A stretch of 64,000 nucleotides of DNA. Source: Octopus sinensis (taxonomy: Eukaryota). Every line of letters starts with the position of its first letter. Within the stretch, counting starts at the first letter, position 1. The DNA lies in contig NC_043015.1 of the NCBI RefSeq assembly GCF_006345805.1, positions 34,534,001-34,598,000 of the forward strand. The letters run 5' to 3'. Under the pieces are notes generated by a model. That model was given only the letters and a program-made list of their open reading frames with translations, was not told where the DNA came from and made no database searches. Shown here piece by piece: positions 51,951 to 64,000 of this stretch. Made by a program: the position numbers and the translations under genes.

Positions 51951-52795
51951 CAACACACACACACACACACCACACACACACACACATACACACACACACA
52001 CACATTATAATTTAGAATAAACAGTGAAAGGTTGTCATTATAGTACTAAGAGTGTCCAACATCGGAGTGAAGAGCTATCATGCATTCTCATTGGCCATTG
52101 ATGGCAACGGATGCCACGGAAAATCCTCTGAATAAAAAGGAAGTAACTCTTACAGATGGAAAAAGGAAAAAGATGAAAAAATACACACAGCCATATTTCT
52201 ACAATGCTTAGACATAAACCTTCTGCATTCACAACATCTACATTTGTACACACTCACACAAATATGTATACATACATGCATACACACACAAACAAAATAC
52301 CTTTTATGGTTTTGCTCCCCCCCCCCATCCCCAAGATCATGGCTAGAATCCACATTTCTACTATGTTCCTGCACGTATGCTTTAATTTCCATTAATTTTT
52401 TCATTTTTTATATATAGGTTTCATTCTTTCCTTTTTAATTTTGTGAGTGCAGGTGTGTGTATATGTGTATGTATATGTATGTATATATATTATATGTATA
52501 TGTGTGTGCATGTGTATGTATGTATGTATATGAGTGTAAGACTGTGTCTGGTGCATATGTGCGACTTTCATGCACACACCCCCTTCATTTATATGGATAT
52601 GCATATGTCTGTATATGTGTGGGTGTAAGTGTGTGATGGGAGGGTTTATATATATGTGTGTGTTTGTATGTGGGCGTGCGAATGTATGTCTGTATATATA
52701 TATATATATATGCATATTTATACATATAAATGTCTAAATATATATGTATCATGTTATGTGTATGTATGTAAGCACCTATATATATGAGGATGTGT

Positions 52796-53090
52796 GGAGG
52801 CGCAATGGCCCAGTGGTTAGGGCAGCAGACTCGCAGTCGTAGGATCGCAGTTTCGATTCCCAGACCGGGCGTTGTGAGTGTCTATTGAGCGAAAACACCT
52901 AAAGCTCCACGAGGCTCCGGCAGGGGATGGTGGTGATCCCTGCTCTACTCTTTCACCACAACTTTCTCTCACTCTTACTTCCTGTTTCTGTTGTACCTGT
53001 ATTTCAAAGGGCCGGCCTTGTCACTCTCTGTGTCACGCTGAATATCCCCGAGAACTACGTTAAGGGTACACGTGTCTGTGGAGTGCTCAG
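52796..53090 (+). mobile_element. Young tRNA-derived SINE (second family), 3'-truncated
   Basis: GGCGCAATGGCCCAGTGGTTAGGGCAGCAGACTCGCAGTCGTAGGATCGCAGTTTCGATTCC head with A and B boxes; CpG-rich; not a bona fide tRNA (no clear acceptor stem, continues into a repeat body). Confidence 0.85.
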
Positions 53091-53959
53091 GGGACAGCAT
53101 TAGCTTCATCTGGCTGTCATTCAAACACAGCTTCATCCTGCTGCTACTAGGGGACAGCATTATTTAGTTGTTATCAAGTGATATCACTACTCAGTTGGTC
53201 AGATGTGTAGGACACTAAATTTGGTGTGTGAGCTAATTGTATAATTGAATACATTTCTGTTGAGAAGTTTGTCTATGATAAGAGCACCTACCATTTACAG
53301 AATGTCTTTATAGTCAAGATTTATTTGCATCAAATGGTTTCTATATTCTATAGCTTCTGTCAACCTATTTCTTTGGATTACTATTTCAGGTAACTAGGTC
53401 TTCTAACAATTACACTGTTGGTCTCTTTTGAAACTGTCAGAAGGTGGAATTTATTCTATTATTACTATCATGTTCACCACACCTGAAAGCTTTCCTGCTT
53501 CAACAGCTCCAATTACGATTATCTTTACATTACAACATACATTGGTCACTCTTAAAGATACCTTTCAATTTACTAGCTTATGCGGCTTAACCGTTAATTG
53601 CATTCAGCTAGTTTCTCCATGATGCTGCTTTCTTTTTCATTGAAAATTCTTCTTATTAGAGTAGTGCTTCATGTGTAATCACACACACACACAAGCACAC
53701 ACACACACACACACATGCACACATAAGTGTGCATGTGTGTGTGTGTGTGTGTGTGCATTTTTTAACCCAGAACATGGAAATCCTTTTTCTCTTACATTTT
53801 TTCTTCTCATCACCTTTATAATTAAAACGGTGTGTGTGTGTTTGAAAGGGAGTGAGAGAATACACTGATTAAATTTCAGTTTTATGCATAATTTAACACT
53901 CTGCCTTATAAAATATTCATATATTTTTATTGTTTTTTTTTTAACTTTAAAGCTTTCAG

Positions 53960-53972
53960 ATGGGAAACTCAC
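53960..53972 (+). CDS. Candidate micro-exon (13 nt; 20 nt with the upstream AG at 53951-53952)
   Basis: Long T tract + CTTTCAG acceptor, ATGGGAAACTCAC, donor GTAAGT. Confidence 0.3.
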
Positions 53973-54189
53973 GTAAGTTATTTTAATTCTATTTTTCAAA
54001 TATGGTTTTGGAAGTGATACTCTGAACCTTGAAGCTGGATAATGGCATCAACTAAATTCTAGGGTCAAACTGTGATTGAGCAGAACTATAACCAAGGTAT
54101 TGCAACCTTGACTGTCCTATTTTAATGGGTGTATAATCTTTGAGTGTCCATACAATGAGCAATCCTGCTGCCCCCTACCCATCTCTCCT

Positions 54190-54690
54190 CCTTCCACGTG
54201 ACCGGTGTCTGGCCAGCCATGATCTTCCTTTCTTGGCCTGACTGCCGAACACTAACACCTCTTGTGTCCATGTCTTATATTCCTTCCGCTAGGCTTTCAC
54301 TTCATACACCCCAGCTCAATTTGATTCGTTCTCAGTCGAAAGACACCTGTTGTTATATTCTTGTTGTTTCTATTCGTAATTGTGTACCATGTTCTCTGTT
54401 TCTTGTTTGTTTGTCTGTTATTTTGTCTTTGTTGCCATACACATTTGCTAGCTTTCTTACAAAGGGGTCTAATTCTCTTAGCTTAGACTTTTTGGGGGGC
54501 AACCAGATCAAACCGTCTCAAGTGTAACTGCCCGAAATGGTCGAAATGGTCGTGATGCCTGGGACTTGACAGATGAAAGAAAGCCAAGAATGACCCGTGT
54601 TTGTTTGCCTGTCCTTTTGTCTGCCTTTCTATCATCTATCTGTCTGAATGTTTTAATGTCCTATATTGCTCTATTGCGTTTTTCCATTTA
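54190..54690 (+). mobile_element. CpG-retaining interspersed repeat, possibly a Penelope-like tail
   Basis: GC/CpG-richer block ending in (TA)n; hairpin GTCTAA..TTAGAC but no intact HHR core. Confidence 0.4.
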
Positions 54691-54695
54691 TATAT

Positions 54696-54736
<41 letters not shown>

Positions 54737-55332
54737 GTATGTATATATATATATTATTATTATAATAATATTAGGGATTATAACTCCAAACTTACAGGGA
54801 AAGATTCGATTTAGTATTAAATCAAATTTCATAATATAAATATGTAATATATATAAATTAGAGAAAAACCACTATTATGTAAATCAAACAATGATAGACA
54901 TAAACCAAATCATAAAGAAAAAATAAAATATATTATAAAACATATAGCTAGATCACAAAAAGTAAAAAAAAAATAAATAAACAATATATAATAAGTAAAA
55001 ATACTACGTACGTTTCATGGCTATAACTTCAATTCGAATTACAATTAAATTTAAACTTAATCGAAAGAAAATTTAATAATAATAATAATAATAATAAGTA
55101 CTTTTTTCACAAATAATTTTATAAACGATAAGTAATACGTTTTTAGTTTTGGAATTTTTTATTTCATAAATATTTTCAGAATGATAAATATAATATTTAT
55201 TTAAGAAATAATGGAGTAATTTATTTATTTATATGTTTATTGATTGAAAAAATATTGCTTTATTTGTTAATTATAATTTAGATACGTTCATTAGCTTTTA
55301 ATATTTCATATTAATATTCTTTATGTTTGCAC

Positions 55333-55366
<34 letters not shown>

Positions 55367-55378
55367 TACACACAAATT

Positions 55379-55586
55379 GGTGCTGAAAAGTTCCTGGCTT
55401 TGAGTAAAGGGAAGTACAGGAGGATCAGTTAGTTATGATATTATTCGACCTATTCCCCTCTCAGATTCACACACTTATTGCAGCAGTCCTTCAGGTTTTC
55501 TAAGCCCTGTAAAAGAACTTGGAAGGTTGAGCCACCAGCCAGGCCTTTTGTGATACCCTTAAAGCAAGGAACTTTTCAGTACCCCC
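55379..55586. mobile_element. Mariner-derived MITE (~210 bp)
   Basis: TIRs GGTGCTGAAAAGTTCCTGGCTTTGAG / CTTAAAGCAAGGAACTTTTCAGTACCCC; minus strand GLENLKDCCNKCVNLRGE*VE matches a transposase C-terminus. Confidence 0.85.
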
Positions 55587-58500
55587 TTATATATATATCT
55601 ATGTTTACTGATGTTGCTTGGTAACATGCAATTTTAACCATTCTCACTCTCACTCTACTATTACTACAACTACTACTCTTTGCACATGGTGCCTGTTGTT
55701 CTCTAAATCTATTCTGATCAAAGAGAGCTATAATGAAAGACAAGTCTACCATGACCATCACATTTTTTTCGGACATAGTATTTGAGAATCTCATTATCCA
55801 ATGTGAACTGCCTTCTTTATGATGGTAATGTAAGAGATTTGTCTTTTATTTCTAGCAGAAATGTTATTTTAATGCCATTGGAAACAGTTTAGTGTTGTTT
55901 GAAGGGAGATAAGGGAGGAGAAGAGAGAGGGAGACTCAGAGAAAACTGGTGGTTAATAGTAAGGGACAGAGGTATGTAAGTTTAGGGCTATGTGGGAAAA
56001 AAAGGATAGGATCCCCAAAAAGTTAAGACGAGCAGTTTAGTTCTTCATGGTATTCAATCAATGATATAATTTGGACTTTAAAAAGTAAGTAATGAAGATA
56101 ACACAAAGTAGAGTTGCATCTAATAATGCAAACCATTTTGCAACCAGCAGCAGTGTAAAAAAAAGAATTGGATTTTAAAATGATTGGAATGATATGAGAT
56201 TAAACTAGCTTTTTATTTTTTTTTACTTGATAGAATAATGTTACAATTTTACATTTGTTTTTCTTGTCATCCCACAAGCCATAATCAATCATTAATCAAT
56301 AAATCTATCATTAGCAATCAATAACAAATTGACTGTCCAAATCTCTCACTTATTTCAGTTATCTTTTGTTCATTTATAGCAGAGTCTATAAAGTCTTCGA
56401 CCAAAATCCATGAAGAACTAATCATATTAGTGTTACTTTTAGTTAAGTACAAATTGAATTTATTTTTATCAATCTAATTGTGCAACCATTTTGGGACCAA
56501 CTTTGTAGCTGCCACCTGAACTTAGGACAATAGTATCATCTTGCTAATGAAATATACACACAAGCACACCAATGATCTTTCTGTGCTACTGCCATTATGT
56601 TTTACTAACATGAAGCTATGTTACCGATAGTCTTTCACAATCACCTTATTCACAAAATACAGCTGTCGTATTATAATCTCTTTCTGGTCTGAAAAACACA
56701 AGTTATAATACAAAGAAACATTTGCAAAACAAACACCATCTCTCCCAGTTTTATTGCAACAGTGACACTCAACGTGACTGTTTCAGAATTATTTTCAACT
56801 TAATTCTTATTGTTGGGGTCTAATACAACAAGTTACAAAAAAAAAAGAAAGAAAGAAAGAAAGAAAGCAATAATCACCAGAGTGTATCAAAGTATCTTTT
56901 AGAAAATTAAGGCTTATGCCAATCGCAGAATCCTACACACATACACACACTCCCATGATCTCATGGACACAGATGCACACACTCACACCGTTAAGGAGGT
57001 GTCATTAAATACAGTCATAAACAACTAAGATGGTCTTATTGGAGGCAGACAGACAAAGGCTATATGCTGTCGCACTGTGCAGCCAGTCTTCAATCCCCTA
57101 CACATAACTGAGCCAGGGTGTCTGGCAGCAGTTTCATGTCTTTAGATAAACTGCCTTGCTACCATATATGTATTCACATATATTTTTATGCATATATTTA
57201 TACATATCAGCACATACTTATATGTACACATACATATGTAGGTATACCATATCCACTTGTAATATATCATACTTAGTAATGATATATCATATAACATCTT
57301 TAGACCATGTTTATGAAGATCATTTATAATGTAGATTTTTTTCCATATTTAGTTGTCATTTATAATACAGAACATATTCAGTTGTGATATATGGTAACCA
57401 GATGTCATATCTCTAGATATATCATTCAGATATCAGAGTCATATATGTTCAGTTTTAATGTTTGTGGGTTTACTGTTGTTGTTGTTAAACCCTAGGTCAG
57501 ACAAACATGTAATCAGACAAATGTAATCAGAGGTATTCTAGCCATGATCATCTCATCATTATTTTTTGTACAGTTTCAGTCTATTCAATACGTTCTTCCA
57601 TTTTTTTTTAGGCAATCTGAGCAAGATTTGGCTGCAATTTTGAGCAAGTTGAGTGACTGTGTACAGGCATCCATCAATAAGGTTGTTGTTTTAATTTCAA
57701 AGTGGTTGAACATTAGACGTCTACTCCAGGAATGAAGTCTCCTGATGTGAAATATCCACTGTGATATTGCCCATCCTACTGTGACAGTGTCTCTTAATGG
57801 TGATGCTAATAGGATTGTTTCATTACACTATTCTCTAAAAACTATCCAGTGAGAAATTGGGGTTAGAGACATAAATATATTGAGAGAAGATGGGATGGAA
57901 CCAGTAAAGTTAATCCTGACATATTTAATAATAAAACAGCATAAGTTTGGCACTGCAACTCTAGAAAGCAATCTGATTATGGTATTAATTCCTTTGCAGG
58001 TAATATTTTAACTTTGTGAATTACTTAGTGCTTGACTGTCATTAAGAACATAATGGGTTTCCTTGCTCTGCTTTTGTCTTCACTGAAATGTCTCTTTTGA
58101 CTTCAATAGAAGAAGAATAATTAAATCTGTTCACTGGTCGATGGTGTCATGGTACAAAGCATACACACACTCACACGTGTGTGTGTGTGTGTGTAGATGT
58201 TGAAAAAAAGGTGGGTATATGTTGGGTGCAGAATAATGATCACCTCTAAACAATATAAGAGGCTGCTGTGATGGTAATGGATGATAACAGCTGGGTAAAC
58301 AAGTGATTGCAGTTAATGGTTGGTTGTAGCTGAAGTATATAGAGGAATTAAGTGTATAGAGTGACGGCTAAAGTATAAGGTGTGGTGGTGGTGGTGGTTC
58401 TTATAGCACATATGTACTATAGCCATGTACTATAGGGAATGGCTATAGTACAGTAAACTATATTAGTAGTGGTGATGATTGTTACAGTACACAGTGAATC

Positions 58501-59069
58501 ATGGCTTTGGAATATAGTAGCAGGTCATTACAGTATAGTCTAGGTGGTAGAAGTGGTGATTGTGATGGTGAAAATGGTGGTAGTTGTTGCTGTTAGAGAA
58601 CACAGTGAGCGGTGACTACATAGTACAGCAGGTAATGGTTAGAGAAGAGTCTTGGTGGTTGTTGCAGTTCAGAGTGGGGATTTAATTCAAGAAGATTATT
58701 ATGAGGCCATGACATGGGTGACAAACCAATATTCGTATATCTTTCAGCTTCAAGATTAAACCCTTGCGCATCAGATGAAGCACTAAAGAACATAAAATAT
58801 TTCGTCTTAAAGACACAATAATTTCTGCCTTTTGTTGAATGTCATCACAAATACGTTTTTGTCTGCAATGACTGAAATAATTTTTAGTGACATTTTATTT
58901 CGTGTCACTATACAATAATAATAAAAACAAATATGTGTGTGAGTACATTAAAGATAAGTGTGTATCTACACTGTTATATATAGTTACCACCCACTCAAAC
59001 ATTTTTTACCATGTGTATCTGTGTGTGTATTCCGATGGATATTGTTCTTAATTACAATGAGATTGTTTA

Positions 59070-59356
59070 CTTTTATTCTTTTACTTGTTTCAGTCATTTT
59101 GACTGCAGCCATGCTGGAGCACTGCCTTTAGTCGAACAAATCAACCCCAGGACATTTTTTGTAAGCCGAGTACTTATTCTGCACACACACACACAGGATG
59201 GACTCCATTCAGTTTCTGCCAAGCAAATCCACTCACAAGGCTTTGGTCAGCTGAAGGCTATAGCAGAAGATCCTTGCCCAAGTGCCACACAGTGGGACTG
59301 AACCAGGAACCAAGTGGTTGGGAAGCAAGCTTCTTACCACGCTGCCACTCCTGCAC
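59070..59356 (-). mobile_element. tRNA-derived SINE family A with internal deletion
   Basis: TTTTACTTGTTTCAGTCATTTTGACTGCAGCCATGCTGGAGCAC...GCTTCTTACCACGCTGCCACTCCTGC. Confidence 0.85.
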
Positions 59357-59924
59357 TTTGTTCATAAAATAATTTTAATCTTAAAACAACAAAAGATGAA
59401 TCAGAGAGGGAGAGAGATTATCTCTTAATCAACTATCTGGAGATTATTACATGACTATCATTGTAGAGTAATCAGGAGATGGCTTATTGAACTCTTGATC
59501 AGTGATCATATTGGTTCGAAGAGAATGAGGCCGGAGGATAGACATGGGGGTGAGGGAATTGGTAAAATAGGGACTGTAAGACGAAGAGGTGGACATGTTG
59601 ACGGCTTGGGTTGATGCAAGTTATTGAGCCAAAAGGGGAGACATGGCATTAACATATTGATACGTTTGGGGTAATGAGACAAGGAACTAGACATGATATG
59701 AATAGATCAATACAACAGGGAGACAAGAGGAAGCTATTTTACTGACCAATTCAAATATATAGCAGCCTCTTAGCTCATTGCTCAATACAACATACTGTTA
59801 TATAGAACACATTTCTGTTTTACTGCCAGAGAGAGTTCTTTACTATCATTTTCTTGAGCCATGAGACACGACATATAAAGACCTGTTGTGTTGGACAAGG
59901 GTAAATAATGAGGATGTCATATAT

Positions 59925-60085
59925 TGTGTGTTTATGTCCCTGAAACCTATTGGTTCAGCAAAAGAGACCGATAGAATAAGTACTAGGCTTACAAAGAATA
60001 AGTCCTGGGGTTGATTTGTTCAACTAAAGGTGGTGCTCCAGCATGGCCGCAATCAAATGACTGAAATGTGTGAAAGAATACAAAA
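59925..60085 (+). mobile_element. tRNA-derived SINE family A, 3' part
   Basis: GAGACCGATAGAATAAGTACTAGGCTTACAAAG...GGTGCTCCAGCATGGCCGC. Confidence 0.85.
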
Positions 60086-61959
60086 AAATTGTATTAGGCA
60101 GTAAGGCAAGATAGTGTCCTATATTGTCACTGTACAATGAACAAATAAGTTACGATGCCCTGTTATTGTGTCGGCCAGTGACGGAAGACTGAAGTTGTTG
60201 TGTTAGGCAGGAATACAAGACAATGTTAGATGCTATTATTGTGTTGGGAGATGAGACAGGAGAGAGAGAGAGTAGAATTCTGTTGACAAGAGGATGTTAT
60301 ATCGTATAGTGGAAAGAGTGAGACAAGCTATTGTTTTCTATTGTCAATGTGTTGGACAATGAGACAATATTTTGTGATTTTGCTGAGTAGTGAGACAAGA
60401 GAATGTAAGAAGCTTCATTGTATTGGATGGAGAGTAATGAGAATGTTGTATACTGTCATTTTGTTGGTCAGTGTGGCAGGAGGGTGTTGTATGTAGTCAG
60501 TTTATTGAGCGAGTCTCAGATCAGCCAAATTATTTTGAGAAAAATTTAGCATATTTAAGCCTTTCTGGAATTCTCCTTAGAGTTTGTTCTTGTGAACAGA
60601 ATCCATTAGCCAGATGGACACCATCGCCTTGCCTCTGTGTGCCTTTAATGGAGTGTAGTTTTTGTGGCCATTCAGGTCAGGATAATTTCATTCTTCCCTC
60701 CTGTGGCCCCAGTTATGGTAACTGGCCTTATTCCTCTGAATAAGCCATGTTAGGTTGTAAATCAGTTCTACAGAGGATGAGGAGGTTAGGTTAATGTATT
60801 GTCATGGAACTGATGAGGCATGCACAGATATACAACTAGATAAGTTCTTCTTATGGGAGAATTTAGCAGTCATGAACCTGCTTATAGCTAATTGAGAGTT
60901 TATTGACATATGCTTGTATTTTATCCAAGTAGAGATGATCCACCATCGATTTGAAACCATAGAAACTGTAGCTATGTACTAGAGTTCTGTTTCTCTGAGA
61001 TTCAGAAGAGGTGTATCCCCACAAGCAGTCTGTCTCCCACCTGCTTGGGGATTAAAATGGAAACAGAACTAATCACCACTTTTAATCTCTCCAATTGAAA
61101 AATACTTAATCTTGTTTATGTAGCAATGAGAAAATGGTTTGGCTTGGTGTATTAACTTGTTAAAAATTGGTAATTTCTTGCTACAGCTGGTATTATAATA
61201 GAATAACACCATAGTAGAGTTAATGCCATAGAAGAGTCACTCTTCCATTCTCGTAAACTGTGTTGTAATTGTCAGTCACGGTTGTTCAGGTTCACTTATT
61301 ATAGATAAGATGTTGTTATTAGCTTAGTTTCAGTTTATATTACTTTGCCAGAAATACCAATGAAGAGACTAATACTTGTTATACTAACTGATTAACTGAC
61401 ACAGTCAGAATCTCTTCCTCCAGAAATGTGTGTGTATGTGTGTGTGTGTGTATTGAAGGAATTAGAAAGAAAACATCAGTGGACGCCATTCCCTGATAAT
61501 CATCTTTCAATGATATTAAGAAAGGAGAAATACGTTCAAGAAGTTATGAACTATAAATATATTTTCATTTAATCAAGATAATTCATGATAATATGTGAAA
61601 CCATTAATCCCAACATGTTTTTTCTCTCCATTTTTTCCTCTTTTCATTCCTTTCTGACAAAGAGCATAGGCTTGAAACATCAAAGACTTTCCCATTTTTC
61701 CCTAGTGTCAAACACCTGCTTGTTGTTCCCTCACCCACCTCTCTCTTTTGTTTTCTATATATTTGAACCATAGTCTTATTTCAATGCCCTATCACATGAA
61801 CTCATTGGAGGGAGTCAAGTAAGGAAACTCACAACCATGATTTCTCCAACTCTATTTACTTTCTCATCTCACCCCCCACACACACACACACACACTAATT
61901 CTATCTCTTGAAAGTTAACAGCTGTAATCTATCAACTAAAAGTTTCTTACTTTCCTCAC

Positions 61960-62175
61960 TCTCTTGCAGTGGTGGGGCACAAACACAGACCCAAACACAC
62001 ACACACATGCACGCACATATAACAGGTTTCATTCACTTTCCATCTACCAAATCTACTCACAAGGCTTTGGTTGGTCTGAGACTATAATAGAAGACACTTG
62101 CTCAAGGTTTCATGCAATAGGACTAAACCTGGAATCATTTGGTTGAGAAGGAAACTTCTTACCTCACAGCCATGT
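61960..62175 (-). mobile_element. tRNA-derived SINE family A, old copy
   Basis: CCATCTACCAAATCTACTCACAAGGCTTTGGTTGG...GAAACTTCTTACCTCACAGCC. Confidence 0.75.
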
Positions 62176-64000
62176 CCAAACTTCACAATAAATGGAAACT
62201 TAAACTGTTGTATTGCTAATGTCTTTAGCAAAATATTTCCATTTTTTTCTGTCCATAAAGTACCTCAATGATGTAAAATATTGTTAGGATCTGTTTATCA
62301 CCATAGTGATTTATAAGATACAGATTTCCTATACGTTTATTTTTTTTTTTTGTAAATAGATGCAAATATGAAGTAAAAAAAAAACCCTGATAACATTAAT
62401 TCACTAACAGTCTAAAATGTGAAGAATATTCTGTGACAATGATGAATATTACTGCATGTAAGGCATATTTAATATTGGGGATATTCTGGTGGGGTTTTAC
62501 ACAAGACAAAACTAAATTTGCAGAGAAATATATTTTCATTCTCTAAAGTATTTTCCATTTCTTCTTTGTTGGAAAATGTCAAAATATGACAAAAGTAAGA
62601 TGCAGCTCCTTCTTCCCCTTCTATGTCCAGCATGTTTAACTACATTTTTTCTTTTACAGTTAGACTTCATATCATTTGGATTTCTTCACTGATACAAGAC
62701 TTTGATTTGAAGCATGTGTGAATTCTTTAGTTGTTACACTTGATTAGCTTGTATGTCTCCAGTGATATTTGCAAAGAATTCTTCAGCCAATTCCACAACC
62801 ACTTGAGGTTATAAATGGTAAATGATAGAGAGATCCTATTGTTGCCTGGTTGACCAGCATATCAAAATAAGTTTCTAAGGTCAGTTAGTAATTAATGGTC
62901 AGTTCTAAGATGTTGGTATTGGTACTATAAATGTTGGTTCTTTTTAAGAGTTTAGAAAAGTAGAAAGTTGTTTCAATCCTAGCTGACAAATAATATTACT
63001 TTACAATGTAAAATATTCCATACTGTTTACTGTGGTATTTTTTTTATATGATTCTTTATTTTTTCTGTATGTCCTTATATTTGCTACTGCAGCTTCCATC
63101 ATCATTTCCTTATGAAAAACACTATCATCATATCCAAGGATGCAGAAAATCCCTTTTCCTTCGAGTCTTGAAATACCGCTAACCATACAATAGTAGAACA
63201 AATAGATTTCATACCTTAGTCAGCCGAAATGGCCCAAAACAAGTTCCATCTTCACCATCTAGTTTAGTATGAAAATTACTATTCCAGAATAGTTCCAACT
63301 CCAAAACTGAACTCGTGTAAAGTCAATAGATATCATCAATCTTAGTTGTCATCTCAATTCACGAGTTGTTGTTGTTAAATTTTCTCTTTCTTCCAATAGT
63401 TGCTGTCACACTTCTTCTCCCTTCTTCCTTCATATCATTCCAGTTTCATTCCTTATTGAGACCATTAGATGCCTGTAATTCCCTGATTCTCTCATCAGAT
63501 TCCCATTACACACTTCATTAGATAATCAATATATATTGACAGCACTTAGATTGTCTGCATTAATCAAATAGATGCTATATATTGTATCAGGAGCTATTTA
63601 TCAATATTTCTATGTAATATATTCAGTGGTTGTTTGGGTCATCTCTTTATTACAGTTTAAATACTGCTCTGCTCTGACAACAATCAGCTTGCTTCTCCAT
63701 CTATTTCCAATGAAAACTTCACATTATAAATATCTACCATCTTCAAAACCCAACAGTCCTAAATCTAAACTCCCTCCCCTTCTATTTTTTCAGATTCTGC
63801 ACAAGTCATGAGTATAGTTTATTCTCGTTAACTAAATTAAATTATCACTTTATTAATTTCACACCTAACTGACTATTGGTTTATGGGTAGCTGCCCTTCT
63901 ATCATCAGTGGATTTATATCATAATCACGTGTGTCAGTCACTGTTTCTGTTTTCTTACCTCTACCACTTCTCTTTCTCTCTCTCTTTCATAACCATACAC

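Noticed and set aside
55850-55980. Exon ending CAGAG|GTATGT
   Set aside because: All three frames from the nearest acceptor are closed, and the sequence looks like an interspersed repeat.
58655-58750. GDLIQEDY as a beta-1,3-galactosyltransferase fragment
   Set aside because: Only a short motif resemblance; the downstream NLT.K and DDD motifs are absent.
63128-63505. Minus-strand frame with mostly TGA stops (open ~108 codons if TGA=Trp; possible NUMT or code-4 insert)
   Set aside because: My rough estimate is that many such frames arise by chance in 64 kb, and the peptide is not mitochondrial-like or otherwise recognisable.
108-63811. ORF-track entries as genes
   Set aside because: Mostly 60-150 aa frames through (CA)n, (TA)n, (GA)n or (CAT)n tracts or repeats; the only recognisable ones are transposase or LINE remnants.

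Overview
AT-rich (roughly one-third GC by eye), CpG-depleted, microsatellite-rich eukaryotic DNA, most likely from an octopus. That call rests on my recognition of the interspersed repeat families and was not database-checked. I cannot support any long intact protein-coding gene: nearly all ORF-track entries are microsatellite read-throughs or transposon remnants. The window is dominated by mobile-element relics: (i) many tRNA-derived SINE copies, (ii) RTE-type LINE 3' ends with (GAT)n tails, (iii) two RLE-endonuclease (R4/Dong-like) LINE 3' ends next to (TAA)n, (iv) five mariner derivatives, including a full-length dead copy and a foldback copy with ~250 bp inverted arms, (v) hAT-type MITEs, and (vi) short Penelope-like tails carrying minimal hammerhead ribozyme (HHR) motifs. 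The most interesting structure is at 15009-15555: a ~550 bp palindrome made of two head-to-head units, each a tRNA-like Pol III head + (AAT)n + minimal HHR. Four further HHR-like motifs from unrelated families occur elsewhere. A CpG-retaining patch near 45 kb with ATGGCG...GTAAGT may be a promoter and first exon. Several small exon candidates are reported at low confidence only.
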